Translations under genes and position numbers: made by a program
The notes under the pieces: generated by a model
Database searches by the model: none
What the model was told of the DNA's origin: nothing
Seen by the model: only the letters and a program-made list of their open reading frames with translations
Shown here: positions 12,901-22,802 of the stretch, one piece after another
Layout of the letters: each line of letters begins with the position of its first letter
How positions within the stretch are numbered: the stretch's first letter is position 1
Origin: Rhizaria sp. SCN 62-66
Taxonomy: Eukaryota
Length of the DNA stretch: 60,500 nucleotides
Reading direction: 5' to 3'
Assembly: GCA_001724265.1 (NCBI GenBank)
Contig: MEDY01000032.1
Span: 62,001-122,500, forward strand

Positions 12901-14635
12901 CCTCGAGACTGGGATTCACGCGAGCCATGAGCCAGCGGCCAAGCCCGTTACTGATTCCAAGACCAGTGATGTGCGTGCAGCTGACCCTCACGCTGGTTGC
13001 GAGGACGATGGCGCAGTGCGCCGGGACCCTGAGGCGGGGACGGCCGCGGACTTCAACAGCATGCCGAACAGTCCCGCCGTCATCGATCCTGCGAGTCCCG
13101 GCGCTGACGCTGAGAGTGCAGTTGCCGCCACGCAGCAGGCAGTGCCTGAGCCGACCGTCGCCGCTAGTGATGCTTCGAAGGAAAGCGATGACGTCATTGC
13201 GAGTGCTAGTGCAAGTGCAAGCGCTGAACAGGAGCGGGAAAGCGAGGAAGAGGACGGTGGCGTGCTGTACAACCCCTTCGAGCCGGAGTCGCCTGCGCTT
13301 GCTGCAGGGAAGCCGTGCGATGAGGACGACATTGACAACGAGGAAGACGGTTCAAATGAGGACGATGGAGGTGACGACGAGAGTGACACTGTTCAGCAAC
13401 AGAACACAGGTGATACGTCGGCCGCAACGCACTCGAACAGCGTTAGTCGCTACGGCATCACGTCTCTTTTTACATCGCTGTCTTCACTCTTCTCGCCCAG
13501 CAACAATAATAACAACACGACGGGCATGATGCTTCCGCCGCCCGCGGATGGTACAACGTTAGCAACTTCGCCCAGTGTGTCCGAGACGCGCCCTGCGCCC
13601 GCATCATCCCCCGCGCTGCCCGCTGACGGTGCAGCCGCGACAGCACCAACTGTCGTCGTCGCTGTCGCTCCTGCTGGCGTGAAGAAGGCCCGCAAGCGCG
13701 ACCGCACCCGCGGCAATAACGGCAGCGGCAGTGTCTCACGCACGTCACGTCCACTCGCGTCCGACAGCAGTAACAACAATTTCGCATCTGGATCTTTGAC
13801 TGCTGTTGCGGCTGCCGAGTCAGCATCGCTCTCTCCGGCGACCCCCGCCGTGGGCACCGCGACCGAGTCTCTTGTCGCCATCAAGCAGGTCGACCTCGCG
13901 TCCGCTGACAGCTGGCACAGCGGCACGCGCGAAATCCTCACTCTGCTCTCCGGCCCGCACCCGAACCTAGTCGCGTGCCGTGACGTGTACGCGCAAGACA
14001 ACGCTTTGTGGATCGTCATGGAGCTTTGCTCCGGCGGCCCGCTGTCGCGCTTGTTGCAGCGCGCGCGGCTGCCGGAGCGCTCCGCGATCTACGTTGTCCG
14101 CGAAGTACTCCTGGGACTTGCGTTCCTGCACTCTAAGGGCCGCATCCACCGCGACGTGAAGCCGGCGAACATCCTCTTGCACGCCGACGGCCGCGTCTGC
14201 CTCGGCGACCTTGGCCTTGTGACGGAGGACGACCGCGAGGTGCCGCGGACTGCGCTGGCGGGCACGTGCAACTACATGTCGCCCGAGATGGTGATGGGCG
14301 TGGGCTACACCGCCAAGACGGACATCTGGTCCATCGGGTGCACCCTGATCGAGGCACTTGAGGGCCACCCGCCGTACAAGTTTGTCTCGCAGATGACGTG
14401 TCTGTTCCGCATGGCGCTGGAGCCCGCGCCGCGGCTAGCTCAGCCCGAGTGGGTGTCGCCGCTCATGAACCACTTCCTCGCGCGCTGCCTGGAGAAGGAT
14501 CCGCGCGCGCGCGCCACCGCGGAGGAACTGCTCGCGCATCCGATTATGGCGTATGCGGCGGATAAGAACGAGTTCATGGGAAGCATGAGACAAGCGTTCT
14601 ATGACAAAGCACTCAGGGCTGCAGGATGGATCTAA
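3906..14635 (+). CDS. Giant (~3518 aa) STE20/PAK-like Ser/Thr protein kinase with C-terminal split kinase domain
   Basis: Exon 1 3906-4050, intron 4051-4223 (GTACGC...TTGCAG), exon 2 4224-14635 in frame with ORF 4322..14635. Kinase motifs: IGHGAFGDVY (~12089), VAIKQVDL (~13874), LWIVMELCSGG, IHRDVKPANILL, DLG, GTCNYMSPE (STE20-like GTPYWMAPE position), TDIWSIG, EGHPPY, RATAEELLAHP. Stop TAA. Confidence 0.88.
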
Positions 14636-15156
14636 TGCTGATCGTAAACATGATCGTAAACATGCAACACTTTGAAATTCTATGCTGTATCACCTTGAAT
14701 ATGTCATTGGTTTAATTCCTCCAAAAAATGAATGGACTCACACTTTACGCACAATGTTCTGCTCTGATAAATGTGCTCTTCTTGCATATTTCTAGCATGC
14801 AATGTACCGACAATGTCAGCCACTCAAAAGAAGCACATGGATTGCAAAACCTCACGGTTTTCATATCTCCATTTCATGCGAGGCAGTTCAAACAATAAAC
14901 GGATTTTCTTATTTATAGCATATTTATGCTAAAACGCAATCCATAATATGAAACAACGACCTTCAAGATTCAAGTTGGATGCGTATTGGTTTATGTACGA
15001 ATGTAAGTAAGCATCGTAAAGTTATCGGTTAGACAAATAGCACACACCCTTTTAGCAAATACAATTAAGTAGCGTTTAATCATGGCTACAACAATCACAG
15101 AAACCTACAAAAGTGCTGAGCTACGTTGATAAGTTACGGCTAGAACAAGTTATTTC

Positions 15157-18100
15157 TCACTGGGTCGGGCACATTCCGGTGTTGCACGTGTTGTCGACCA
15201 TCTGCTGTTGAGTCGGACGCGCGCCCCCGTTGCCCGCACTGCCCGCACCGGTGGCGGCGCCACGCGCCGGCACCTGCTGCGGTTGCTGTTGGTGTTGCTG
15301 CCGCTGCTGCTGCTGCTGCTGCTGATGCTGTTGCTGGCCGCCGCGCTGTGAGGCAGACGCCGCGACGCCGCCACGAGCGCCAGACGCGCCAGCAGCGTCA
15401 GTGGCAGCAGACGCCGCATTGGATGCGTGAGCAGAGCTGATTGCAGACGAATCCTCGATGATGGACGAGAAGACGTTGCTGACGCGCACCAAGAAGTGCG
15501 CAAACACAGGGCGGTGGTCGCTAGTGCGGACTTCGCGACAGGATCCGTAGCGCTCCAGCAGCACCAGCTCGGGCGCCTTCTTCCACAGGATGCGATCCGT
15601 CCACGAGGGCACACGCAGCTTCTCGCTCGAGTCGTACCTATCGCACCCGATGTCGTACTTGTACGTGGGCGGGAACTCAATCGGGCCTTCGTCGAAGCCG
15701 CGGAAGACGCGGTTGGCGTGGAGCTCGCGGCGCAGTTCGTCGTGCAGCAGACACTCGTCAACCATGTTGTGCGACAACAGGCGGTCCACGATGCGGCGTG
15801 ACGTGTCGACGCGGTAATTGAGGTCGCCCATCCAGAACACGGCGTCGAAGCGCGACACGGCGTCGAGCGCCGTCAGCGGCACCGCCTGTAGCCGCGACTG
15901 CAGCGCTGTGAACGGGCACGGCAGCGCGGCCGTGGCCGAGGCGTCAATAACCGTGTCGGTAGCGGCCAGAGACGCGCTCAGCGAGTGCGGCATCGGCGTC
16001 ATCGCTCTCGCGCCGGCCGAGGGGCCGACAACACTGCCAGACAGCGGCATCTGGTGCTGCGAGTGGCTGTGGCCGGCGGCGGCGACGGCGGTGGCGTGCG
16101 GGTGCACGGGCGCGACGGGCGTCGCCGCGGCCGACGCGGGCGCAGACGCGGCGCCGCCCAAGGGCGGATGTGGGTGTGAATGCTGCACCAGCGCGGACAC
16201 GGACACGCCCGCGGCGGCGGCGGCGGCGGCCGCGGTGGTGTTATCGAGCACAGGCACTGCGAGCGCGCGCGGCGCGGGCAGCGGCAGGCGGCCGTAGCCG
16301 TACGCGCCGTTGCGGCTCTGGCTCGTCACCAGCGCGGGACCGCCCGCAGCCGCGGCCGCGACGGCCACGCCGAACGCGGTCGGGCGCGCGGGCACCGGCG
16401 GCGCGCTGCTGTTGGAGCTCGTGCTCACGCCGGTGCTCGCGCCCGTCGCGCTGGCGGCAGGCGCGGCGGACGTGGAGGCGGGCGTGGCGGCGCCGGAGGC
16501 GGCGCTGGTGGTGGAGAGCGAGTCTGAGCGCGCGGGGCGCGAGGGAACGGGAGGCGCGTTGCCACTGCCGCCGATGCTGCGGGAGCCGCCGGTGGACGGA
16601 GAGCTCCGCGAGGCGGGGTACGAAGTGTCGGGCTCAGTGTCGTCGGCGATGCTGTCACTGTCTGGGTTGAGGTTGCCCTTGACACCGCGGCTGTTGTGGT
16701 GGCGGTTGTTCGCCATCAGCGAGCTGCTGCTGGGGACGGTGTAGATCTCGCCCTCGCCATCAGCCTCAGTCACAACACTCCGGCCCTTGGCAGCGGCGGC
16801 GGCGGCCGCAGCGGCGGCGGTGGCGGCGGCGGTGACGGCAGGGGTAAGCTTGGCGTAGCCGGGCAGCGTGTCTACGCAGCCGCCGGTGTCGTCGTCGAGC
16901 AGCGGCGACCGCATGCTGTTCCCGTTCGCGCTCGCGCCCGTCGAGTTGCCGACGCTGCTGCTGTTGCTCGTGCCGTCGGACGCAGAGCGCGGGCCGGCCT
17001 TGGCCTCCTCGTCGTCGTCGTCGCCGCCGCCGAGGCCCAGCGCTAGCCCTAGACCGGAACCGTCGTGCTTGGCGCGGTCTCCAGAGGCGGCGTCGTCCTC
17101 GTCGTTCTCGTTGAAGTACATCGCGCGCACCGACGACGTCAGCGACGACACGACAGAGCCGGCCTTCTGAGCCGATGCAGCGACCGCGAGGCCAACGCCC
17201 GACGCCAACAGAGACGTCGCGTACCCGGACGCGGGCGAGTGGCCCGTGCCGGCCCCAGCACCAGCGCCCGCGCCAGCCGCGGCCGCAGCGGCGGCGGCGG
17301 ACAGCGGGGCCGGGAGCGGGCGCGCGGGAGAGGCGTAAGCACCGGAGCTGCGGCGGCGGTCGCTGGCGTCGGACCAAGAGCCCTCACGGTCGGCGCCGTC
17401 GCCGGCGCTGTCGCCGGCTTCGTCGGCGTCAGCGTCGGCGTCGGCGTCGGAGCGCTGGATGACGATGGTGGCCGCGTTGCCGGTGGCGGCGGCGACTGCA
17501 GCAGCATGTCTGGCTGCGACTGCAGCAGCGCGGCGGTCCTGGCTGCGCTGCTGCTCGAGCAGCTCGGCCTCGAGGAGCTCCCCCGCGATCGCGGCCTGCA
17601 GTGCACGCACCCGGGCCAGCTCAACCGTGTCGTCGGCGTCCATGTCCTTGCTGGCCGACGCGACGACTGAGGCCACGCCCGCCACGGCCGCGGCGCCCGC
17701 GACGCTGCTGGCGGCAGAGCCGGGCGAGCCGGACACAGCGGGCAGCGAGCCCACGGTCGCAATCATCGGCAGCCCGTGGCCGATGAGCAACCCTGAGTCC
17801 GCCAGTGTGCGGTTCTCGGCCCCGAACTCTGCCACCACGCGCGGCCGCCCGCGCGGCAGCAGCGTGAGGCGCGAGTTAATCTTGTGGAAGTCGGTGTTGC
17901 GGCGGCCCACGGCGCGCTCGCCAGACTGGAAGTGCGCGTTGATGAAGAGGAACGACGTCGCACCCAGCTCGAACGACAACGCGACGGCGCCCTTGTTGCC
18001 CAGCACGTCTCCGAAACCCGTGGGCACGCGCTCCGTCTGCACGTGCGCCAGGAACGGCGCCAGCTCGCGGCGGATGAAGCCGATGATGTGGATCGCCTGC

Positions 18101-20529
18101 ATCGTCTCGGACGCGATCGGGACGTAGTCCTCGCCCATGACCTCCGTCAGCAGCGCCGTCCATTTCGCCTTGGAGGCGAACAGCATCGCCTTCTGGATCG
18201 ACTGCTCGCATTCTTCGGTGCCGAAGACGTAGATGTCAAAGCACTCGGCGGGAACGAAGTTCTCTAGCGCCTCGCGCGGCGGCGGCGGGCGGCCGTACAT
18301 GTTCCAAGTCGCCGTGTACACGCGCACCATGCGCTGCGAGGCCACTGGGAAAGACAGGAAGCGCGTGCGCAGCGCCGCGGCGTGCCGCTGCAGCGCGGCG
18401 CGGTGTGCCTGCACGCGGAGCCGCACGGCCGCGTCGCCCTGCGCCTCGCGCATCGAAATCTGGTCCTCCACGGACAGCGCCGAGCTGTTGCTGGCCACGC
18501 TGGACAGTGCCGCGGTGACGCTCGAGACAGAGGCTGCGTTAGGGGACTGCACCTCGGACTGCGCCTGGGAAGATTGCGACTGGGACTGGGAGGGTGACAG
18601 AGACTCCTTCGCGGCACCGGCAGCAGCGGCCTCAGCAGCAGCAGCGGCAGCAGCCGCTTCAGCAGCGGCCGCGGCGGTGGCGGCAGCCTCGACCTTGGCG
18701 GCCTGGCGGAGCATCGCCTGCGTTTTGGCGTCATCACTCTCCAAGGCGTCGGCCACGATAGCTGCAATCGCGGGCGTGGGCTCGGCCGCGGCGGCTGAAG
18801 CGACAGGAGCGGGGGACGCGACCGGAGCGGGCGCGGGCAGAGTCACCGGCGTCGATGTTGCGGCTTGTACTGAGGCGGAGGTGGAGGCGGAGACAAGGGC
18901 GGGAGCGGAGATGTTCGCAGGCGTCGGACTAAAGAAGCTCTCCTCGTCGTCGTGCAGTGCGCTGGGCTCGCCCAGTCTCCCGGTGACCGCAGCGGGGCCC
19001 ACATTGGAGCTCTTGGACCTGCGGCGGGGCGCGCCGCTGCCGGGGTCCTGGGCAGCGGGGTTCGCGGGCGGGGTGAGCTTGAGCGGCGCGGTGTGGTCCT
19101 CGCTGTCCATGACCACCACGGAGTCCTCCTCCTTCGCGGCCTCCTTACCGGCCTTCTTGGCGGCCTCCTTGGCGGCTTCTTTGGCGGGCCTGGCGACAAT
19201 CGCCGCCGCCGGAGCGGCCTCGGGAGACAGGACTGTAACGGCGTTGGCGTCGGCGTCGGCGGCGGGGCTGTTGGCCACAGGGGACTCCTCGGGGACAGCG
19301 AATGCGACGGCGGACGAGGGGCGGGAGGCGCGGGCCGGCCGCGCAGGCGCAGCAGTGCCGAAGGCGTTCGTAGAGGCAGAGCCAGAGGTTAGACTCGAGA
19401 CAGAGCCAGAGCCAGAGGCGGTGCCAGCTATGGGCATGGGCGTGTACACGGGCGTGGGGGCACTAGCGTGCGCGTTGGTCTTGACGCTGACGGGGGCGAG
19501 GTTAAGAATGGGCTCGGCGGCCCCGCTGCGGGCGCTGATGTTCACGCTCGTGTCGTTAGCGTTGCTGGCATTTTTGGCATTGCCGTTGCCGTTACCGTTG
19601 TTGAAGCTGGAGGCGGGCATTCCCCACTCCTCGTCGTCATCCGCAGTGATGACGACAGCGTCGCCGTCCTCAGGCTCGGGCCGCGCGGCCGCCGCAGGAC
19701 CCCGGCCCCAGTGCCCTCCACTGGTCGATTGACTCGCAGCGGTGGACGCAGCGGCAGCGGAGGCGGAAGCGCCAGGTGTGACCCCGGTGACGCTGGAGCG
19801 CGCAATGGTGGCGGCGACCGGGGTGAAGACGGAGATCGAGGCGCGCGCAGACCGCGGCGTCTGAGGCTGACCTTGTCCCTGAGACTGAGACTGAGGCGGG
19901 AGCTGCGACTGCGCGTGGGAGGGGGCGAGCGCAAACGGCAGCGTGCCGCTGGTGGAAGACGAGGCGGACGTGGGGCGCGCAGACACGGGCCGCGAGCCAG
20001 AGCCAGAGCCAGAAGAGCCGACTGTGTTGGTGGTGATACTGGCGAGGGCAGCGGCGGCGGAGGCGGTGCCGGTGGAGGAGGAGTTCCTGCTGGGTACCGT
20101 ACCGACCGCGGCGCGCAGAGGCTCGGCGTGCACGGCGCCCTGCTGTGGCTGCGCCTGTGAGCGCGGGGACGCGCGCGGTGTGACGGAGGGGAACGGCTGC
20201 GTCGTGGTCAGCGCGTCCTCGAGGTCCCAGAACTGGTCCATGGCGGCGCCCGACGGGCTGGGGCGCAGAGTCGCCGGCCGTGCGGGCGTCGCGGGCGCGG
20301 CGGACGGGGGCGGGCGCGCGGTGTAGAAGATCGGGTCCACGGCCGCGGAGACCGAAGCTGAGGCCGAGGCGGAGGAGGAGGAGGATGTGGAGCCGTTTGA
20401 CGGTGCGCCGAAGGCGGACGAGACAAAGTCACTGTCACCGCTGGGAGAGGAGGCAGGAAAGTGGAAAGGCAAGGAGCCAGTGTGACTCTGACCGTCCGCG
20501 CCGGGGCGCGCGCTGGAAGGGCGACTCAT
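15157..20529 (-). CDS. INPP5E: Inositol polyphosphate 5-phosphatase, INPP5E-like (~1790 aa), with C-terminal CaaX-like motif
   Basis: Motifs: VYTATWNM, DIYVFGTEE, GNKGAV, FLFINAHF, FWMGDLNYR, PPTYKYD, RVPSWTDRILW, SDHRPV. Ends in CPTQ* (CaaX-like; INPP5E is farnesylated). The likely start is MSRPSSARP at 20529, since sequence upstream is AT-rich. Stop TGA. Confidence 0.85.
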   Translation of the reverse strand: MSRPSSARPGADGQSHTGSLPFHFPASSPSGDSDFVSSAFGAPSNGSTSSSSSASASASVSAAVDPIFYTARPPPSAAPATPARPATLRPSPSGAAMDQFWDLEDALTTTQPFPSVTPRASPRSQAQPQQGAVHAEPLRAAVGTVPSRNSSSTGTASAAAALASITTNTVGSSGSGSGSRPVSARPTSASSSTSGTLPFALAPSHAQSQLPPQSQSQGQGQPQTPRSARASISVFTPVAATIARSSVTGVTPGASASAAAASTAASQSTSGGHWGRGPAAAARPEPEDGDAVVITADDDEEWGMPASSFNNGNGNGNAKNASNANDTSVNISARSGAAEPILNLAPVSVKTNAHASAPTPVYTPMPIAGTASGSGSVSSLTSGSASTNAFGTAAPARPARASRPSSAVAFAVPEESPVANSPAADADANAVTVLSPEAAPAAAIVARPAKEAAKEAAKKAGKEAAKEEDSVVVMDSEDHTAPLKLTPPANPAAQDPGSGAPRRRSKSSNVGPAAVTGRLGEPSALHDDEESFFSPTPANISAPALVSASTSASVQAATSTPVTLPAPAPVASPAPVASAAAAEPTPAIAAIVADALESDDAKTQAMLRQAAKVEAAATAAAAAEAAAAAAAAEAAAAGAAKESLSPSQSQSQSSQAQSEVQSPNAASVSSVTAALSSVASNSSALSVEDQISMREAQGDAAVRLRVQAHRAALQRHAAALRTRFLSFPVASQRMVRVYTATWNMYGRPPPPREALENFVPAECFDIYVFGTEECEQSIQKAMLFASKAKWTALLTEVMGEDYVPIASETMQAIHIIGFIRRELAPFLAHVQTERVPTGFGDVLGNKGAVALSFELGATSFLFINAHFQSGERAVGRRNTDFHKINSRLTLLPRGRPRVVAEFGAENRTLADSGLLIGHGLPMIATVGSLPAVSGSPGSAASSVAGAAAVAGVASVVASASKDMDADDTVELARVRALQAAIAGELLEAELLEQQRSQDRRAAAVAARHAAAVAAATGNAATIVIQRSDADADADADEAGDSAGDGADREGSWSDASDRRRSSGAYASPARPLPAPLSAAAAAAAAGAGAGAGAGTGHSPASGYATSLLASGVGLAVAASAQKAGSVVSSLTSSVRAMYFNENDEDDAASGDRAKHDGSGLGLALGLGGGDDDDEEAKAGPRSASDGTSNSSSVGNSTGASANGNSMRSPLLDDDTGGCVDTLPGYAKLTPAVTAAATAAAAAAAAAAKGRSVVTEADGEGEIYTVPSSSSLMANNRHHNSRGVKGNLNPDSDSIADDTEPDTSYPASRSSPSTGGSRSIGGSGNAPPVPSRPARSDSLSTTSAASGAATPASTSAAPAASATGASTGVSTSSNSSAPPVPARPTAFGVAVAAAAAGGPALVTSQSRNGAYGYGRLPLPAPRALAVPVLDNTTAAAAAAAAGVSVSALVQHSHPHPPLGGAASAPASAAATPVAPVHPHATAVAAAGHSHSQHQMPLSGSVVGPSAGARAMTPMPHSLSASLAATDTVIDASATAALPCPFTALQSRLQAVPLTALDAVSRFDAVFWMGDLNYRVDTSRRIVDRLLSHNMVDECLLHDELRRELHANRVFRGFDEGPIEFPPTYKYDIGCDRYDSSEKLRVPSWTDRILWKKAPELVLLERYGSCREVRTSDHRPVFAHFLVRVSNVFSSIIEDSSAISSAHASNAASAATDAAGASGARGGVAASASQRGGQQQHQQQQQQQRQQHQQQPQQVPARGAATGAGSAGNGGARPTQQQMVDNTCNTGMCPTQ

Positions 20530-20894
20530 TCGCGCCAGAAGGCAGAGATAGAAAAGTTCTGGAGCGACTGCGAGTGAAGACAACGGACATGGTAGCGAAA
20601 TGTTTGTTAGGTGAATTTCTCTGTACACGCAGTCTGTTTTTCAAGCGCCATGAAAATATAATATCAAAAACCTCTATATAAATTGAGAAATGTTAAAGGC
20701 ATTGTCGTTGACGGTTGTGATAACGAGTTGCAAAACAAAAACGGGACACGACTTGAGACTGCTCAATGATTCGATCAACTCGTGCCAGCCATGGCAAGAT
20801 GGCAAACGACCACCAGCGCACGATATATCTCTTCAATCAGCCATCACTAGCATTCATTGTACTCACCGTAAAATTCACTGTGCTTGTTTAGATT

Positions 20895-22301
20895 ATGTTG
20901 CCGAACACGAACGAGGGCAATCCCCAGTCGGCGACCGGCTCCGCAGCCGCCCCTCGGTTCGACATGTCTGCCGTCGCTCGCATCGCCGCCGCCGTCCGCA
21001 GCGCTGCCGACGCCTCATGGCGCCGCAAGGGGACTGGTGCAATCTTGGACGCATTCACAAACAGGCTAACTGCCCCACGCGCACATGGTGCGACTAGCAT
21101 CATCCCGGGCTCAGTCGTCAACCTCGCGACCGCTGCGACTGCGAATGTCCACACAGTAGATGGTCCAGGTGGGGTGACAACGGTACGTGAGGCGATGATG
21201 CATGGCCCTGCTCCGCTCGTTCCTGTTTTTGTACCCGTTGGTGCGACAGCGACTTCGAGTAGCAGCAGCAGCTACAGCAGTAACACCAGAAGTTTGCATT
21301 TTGCAGAAGCATCATCTTCATCATCTGCATCATCGTCTGGCTTCGCAAGTTCTGACTGTGAAGTGAACCTAACTCAGTTTGTGACAGCGCGCGCAAGCAC
21401 TGCGCCCGTTTCGTTCGCGTCCGTGGTCGCGGCCGCGTCTTCGACAGCTCCTACCGCACCGAGTAGTCTCGACGCGAACAGTCGGAACGCTGCGGCGAGT
21501 GAAGCCGCCAACAGTGGCAACGCCGCAGCAGTCGATGCGGGCGGACCATCTGCGGCTGCTCAAAGCAAGTCCGTAAAAGTGCGCAAGTTGATCGCACCTA
21601 CGCTCGTCAGCACGACGACCACAACGGCTACAATTGGCAATAGCAACGCGGTAGCGGGTGCTTCGGGACCGGGATTGAAGGCAGAGACGGGCGCAGAACT
21701 TGACGCGGAGTCTGCGGCGGCGCTGGCGGCGCACTTCCGCGCTCGGAGGGCGCAGCAGTCGTCGGCGGGTACGTTCATTGACGTCGTCGAGCGGCTCCAC
21801 AAGCGGCATGCAAACGATATCACGCATGGCTACGACAACAAAACCGCGGCGCATGGACACAGTCACCGCCGAGGGCGCGGCCCCGGCCGCGGCATGCGCA
21901 GGAATTTTCGCGGCAGTGACGACGATGATGATGAGGATGCGGCACTTGCGTGGCTTAACCAGGGCGACGATGCTGCTGAGGTTGGCATTGACGGTGACGT
22001 TGATCGTATTAATGATATGCTATCTGGTCACATCGCAATCGATAAAAACAGCAACAATATGGCAGTGTCGGGGCGGAGTGTCAATGCGAATATGGAAGAC
22101 GGTGCTTTGCACGGTGCAACGACTGCGAATTGCATGGTAGGTATCGGCACGGTCACATCGCACGAGCTCATGCAGCAGTCGGGTACAGAAGGCAGCAACA
22201 GCGGTTGCGTGGCATCACTGTGGACTCAGTTCGCGCCGGGGCTGTGCGTGCCTGCCAGCACACTGTTGCCCAAGTCGCACGCACTGCACTTGGCGCAGTG
22301 A
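20895..22301 (+). CDS. Hypothetical low-complexity protein (468 aa)
   Basis: Single ATG-TGA ORF with coding-like GC content and Ala/Ser-rich composition like its neighbours, flanked by AT-rich DNA and divergent from the INPP5E-like gene. No recognisable domain. Confidence 0.6.
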   Translation: MLPNTNEGNPQSATGSAAAPRFDMSAVARIAAAVRSAADASWRRKGTGAILDAFTNRLTAPRAHGATSIIPGSVVNLATAATANVHTVDGPGGVTTVREAMMHGPAPLVPVFVPVGATATSSSSSSYSSNTRSLHFAEASSSSSASSSGFASSDCEVNLTQFVTARASTAPVSFASVVAAASSTAPTAPSSLDANSRNAAASEAANSGNAAAVDAGGPSAAAQSKSVKVRKLIAPTLVSTTTTTATIGNSNAVAGASGPGLKAETGAELDAESAAALAAHFRARRAQQSSAGTFIDVVERLHKRHANDITHGYDNKTAAHGHSHRRGRGPGRGMRRNFRGSDDDDDEDAALAWLNQGDDAAEVGIDGDVDRINDMLSGHIAIDKNSNNMAVSGRSVNANMEDGALHGATTANCMVGIGTVTSHELMQQSGTEGSNSGCVASLWTQFAPGLCVPASTLLPKSHALHLAQ

Positions 22302-22802
22302 GCGCAGCTGTGTGCTCATGATATGTTTAAATGCCAGGCACAGAACATGCGTGGCGCAAATGCTGATGTCCGAATGTGTATTTAAATCGTTTCAAGGTTT
22401 TGTTGTAGTTTGAGAAACATAGAGATTTGCAATAAAGTATTACTGCTAACAATAGTACAAGAAGTTAGTAGTGTAGTTACAACAATCACAGATAGACAAG
22501 CACAATACTGCTTAGAGTGAAGCAGCTATGCTTGCAATAGATCAAAGGAGTCAAAGATACACAGATGATTTAAGAAAGATAGCCAATTGACTAAATTCGA
22601 TTCACGGCGTTGAGATAAATTGGTTACATTACATGACACGCTTGAAACTTCAGAAGTTCTAAGTGAGCGTGGCGTGCTTACGCGTACGGAAACTGACACC
22701 ATTCAGTTTTGCTCATACTAATGTCGAAATATGAATGAATTAAAACGGCGTCAGAAACCAAACACAAAGTGCGTCTTCGTCAAGAGATCTCCGCACTTTA
22801 GC

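Noticed and set aside
14639-14662. 12-nt tandem duplication (TGATCGTAAACA x2) after the kinase stop
   Set aside because: A simple slippage duplication in the 3' UTR with no evidence of function.
12134-17850. Inteins as an explanation for the large in-domain inserts
   Set aside because: No N-terminal Cys/Ser block, C-terminal His-Asn or endonuclease motifs seen; the inserts are low-complexity.
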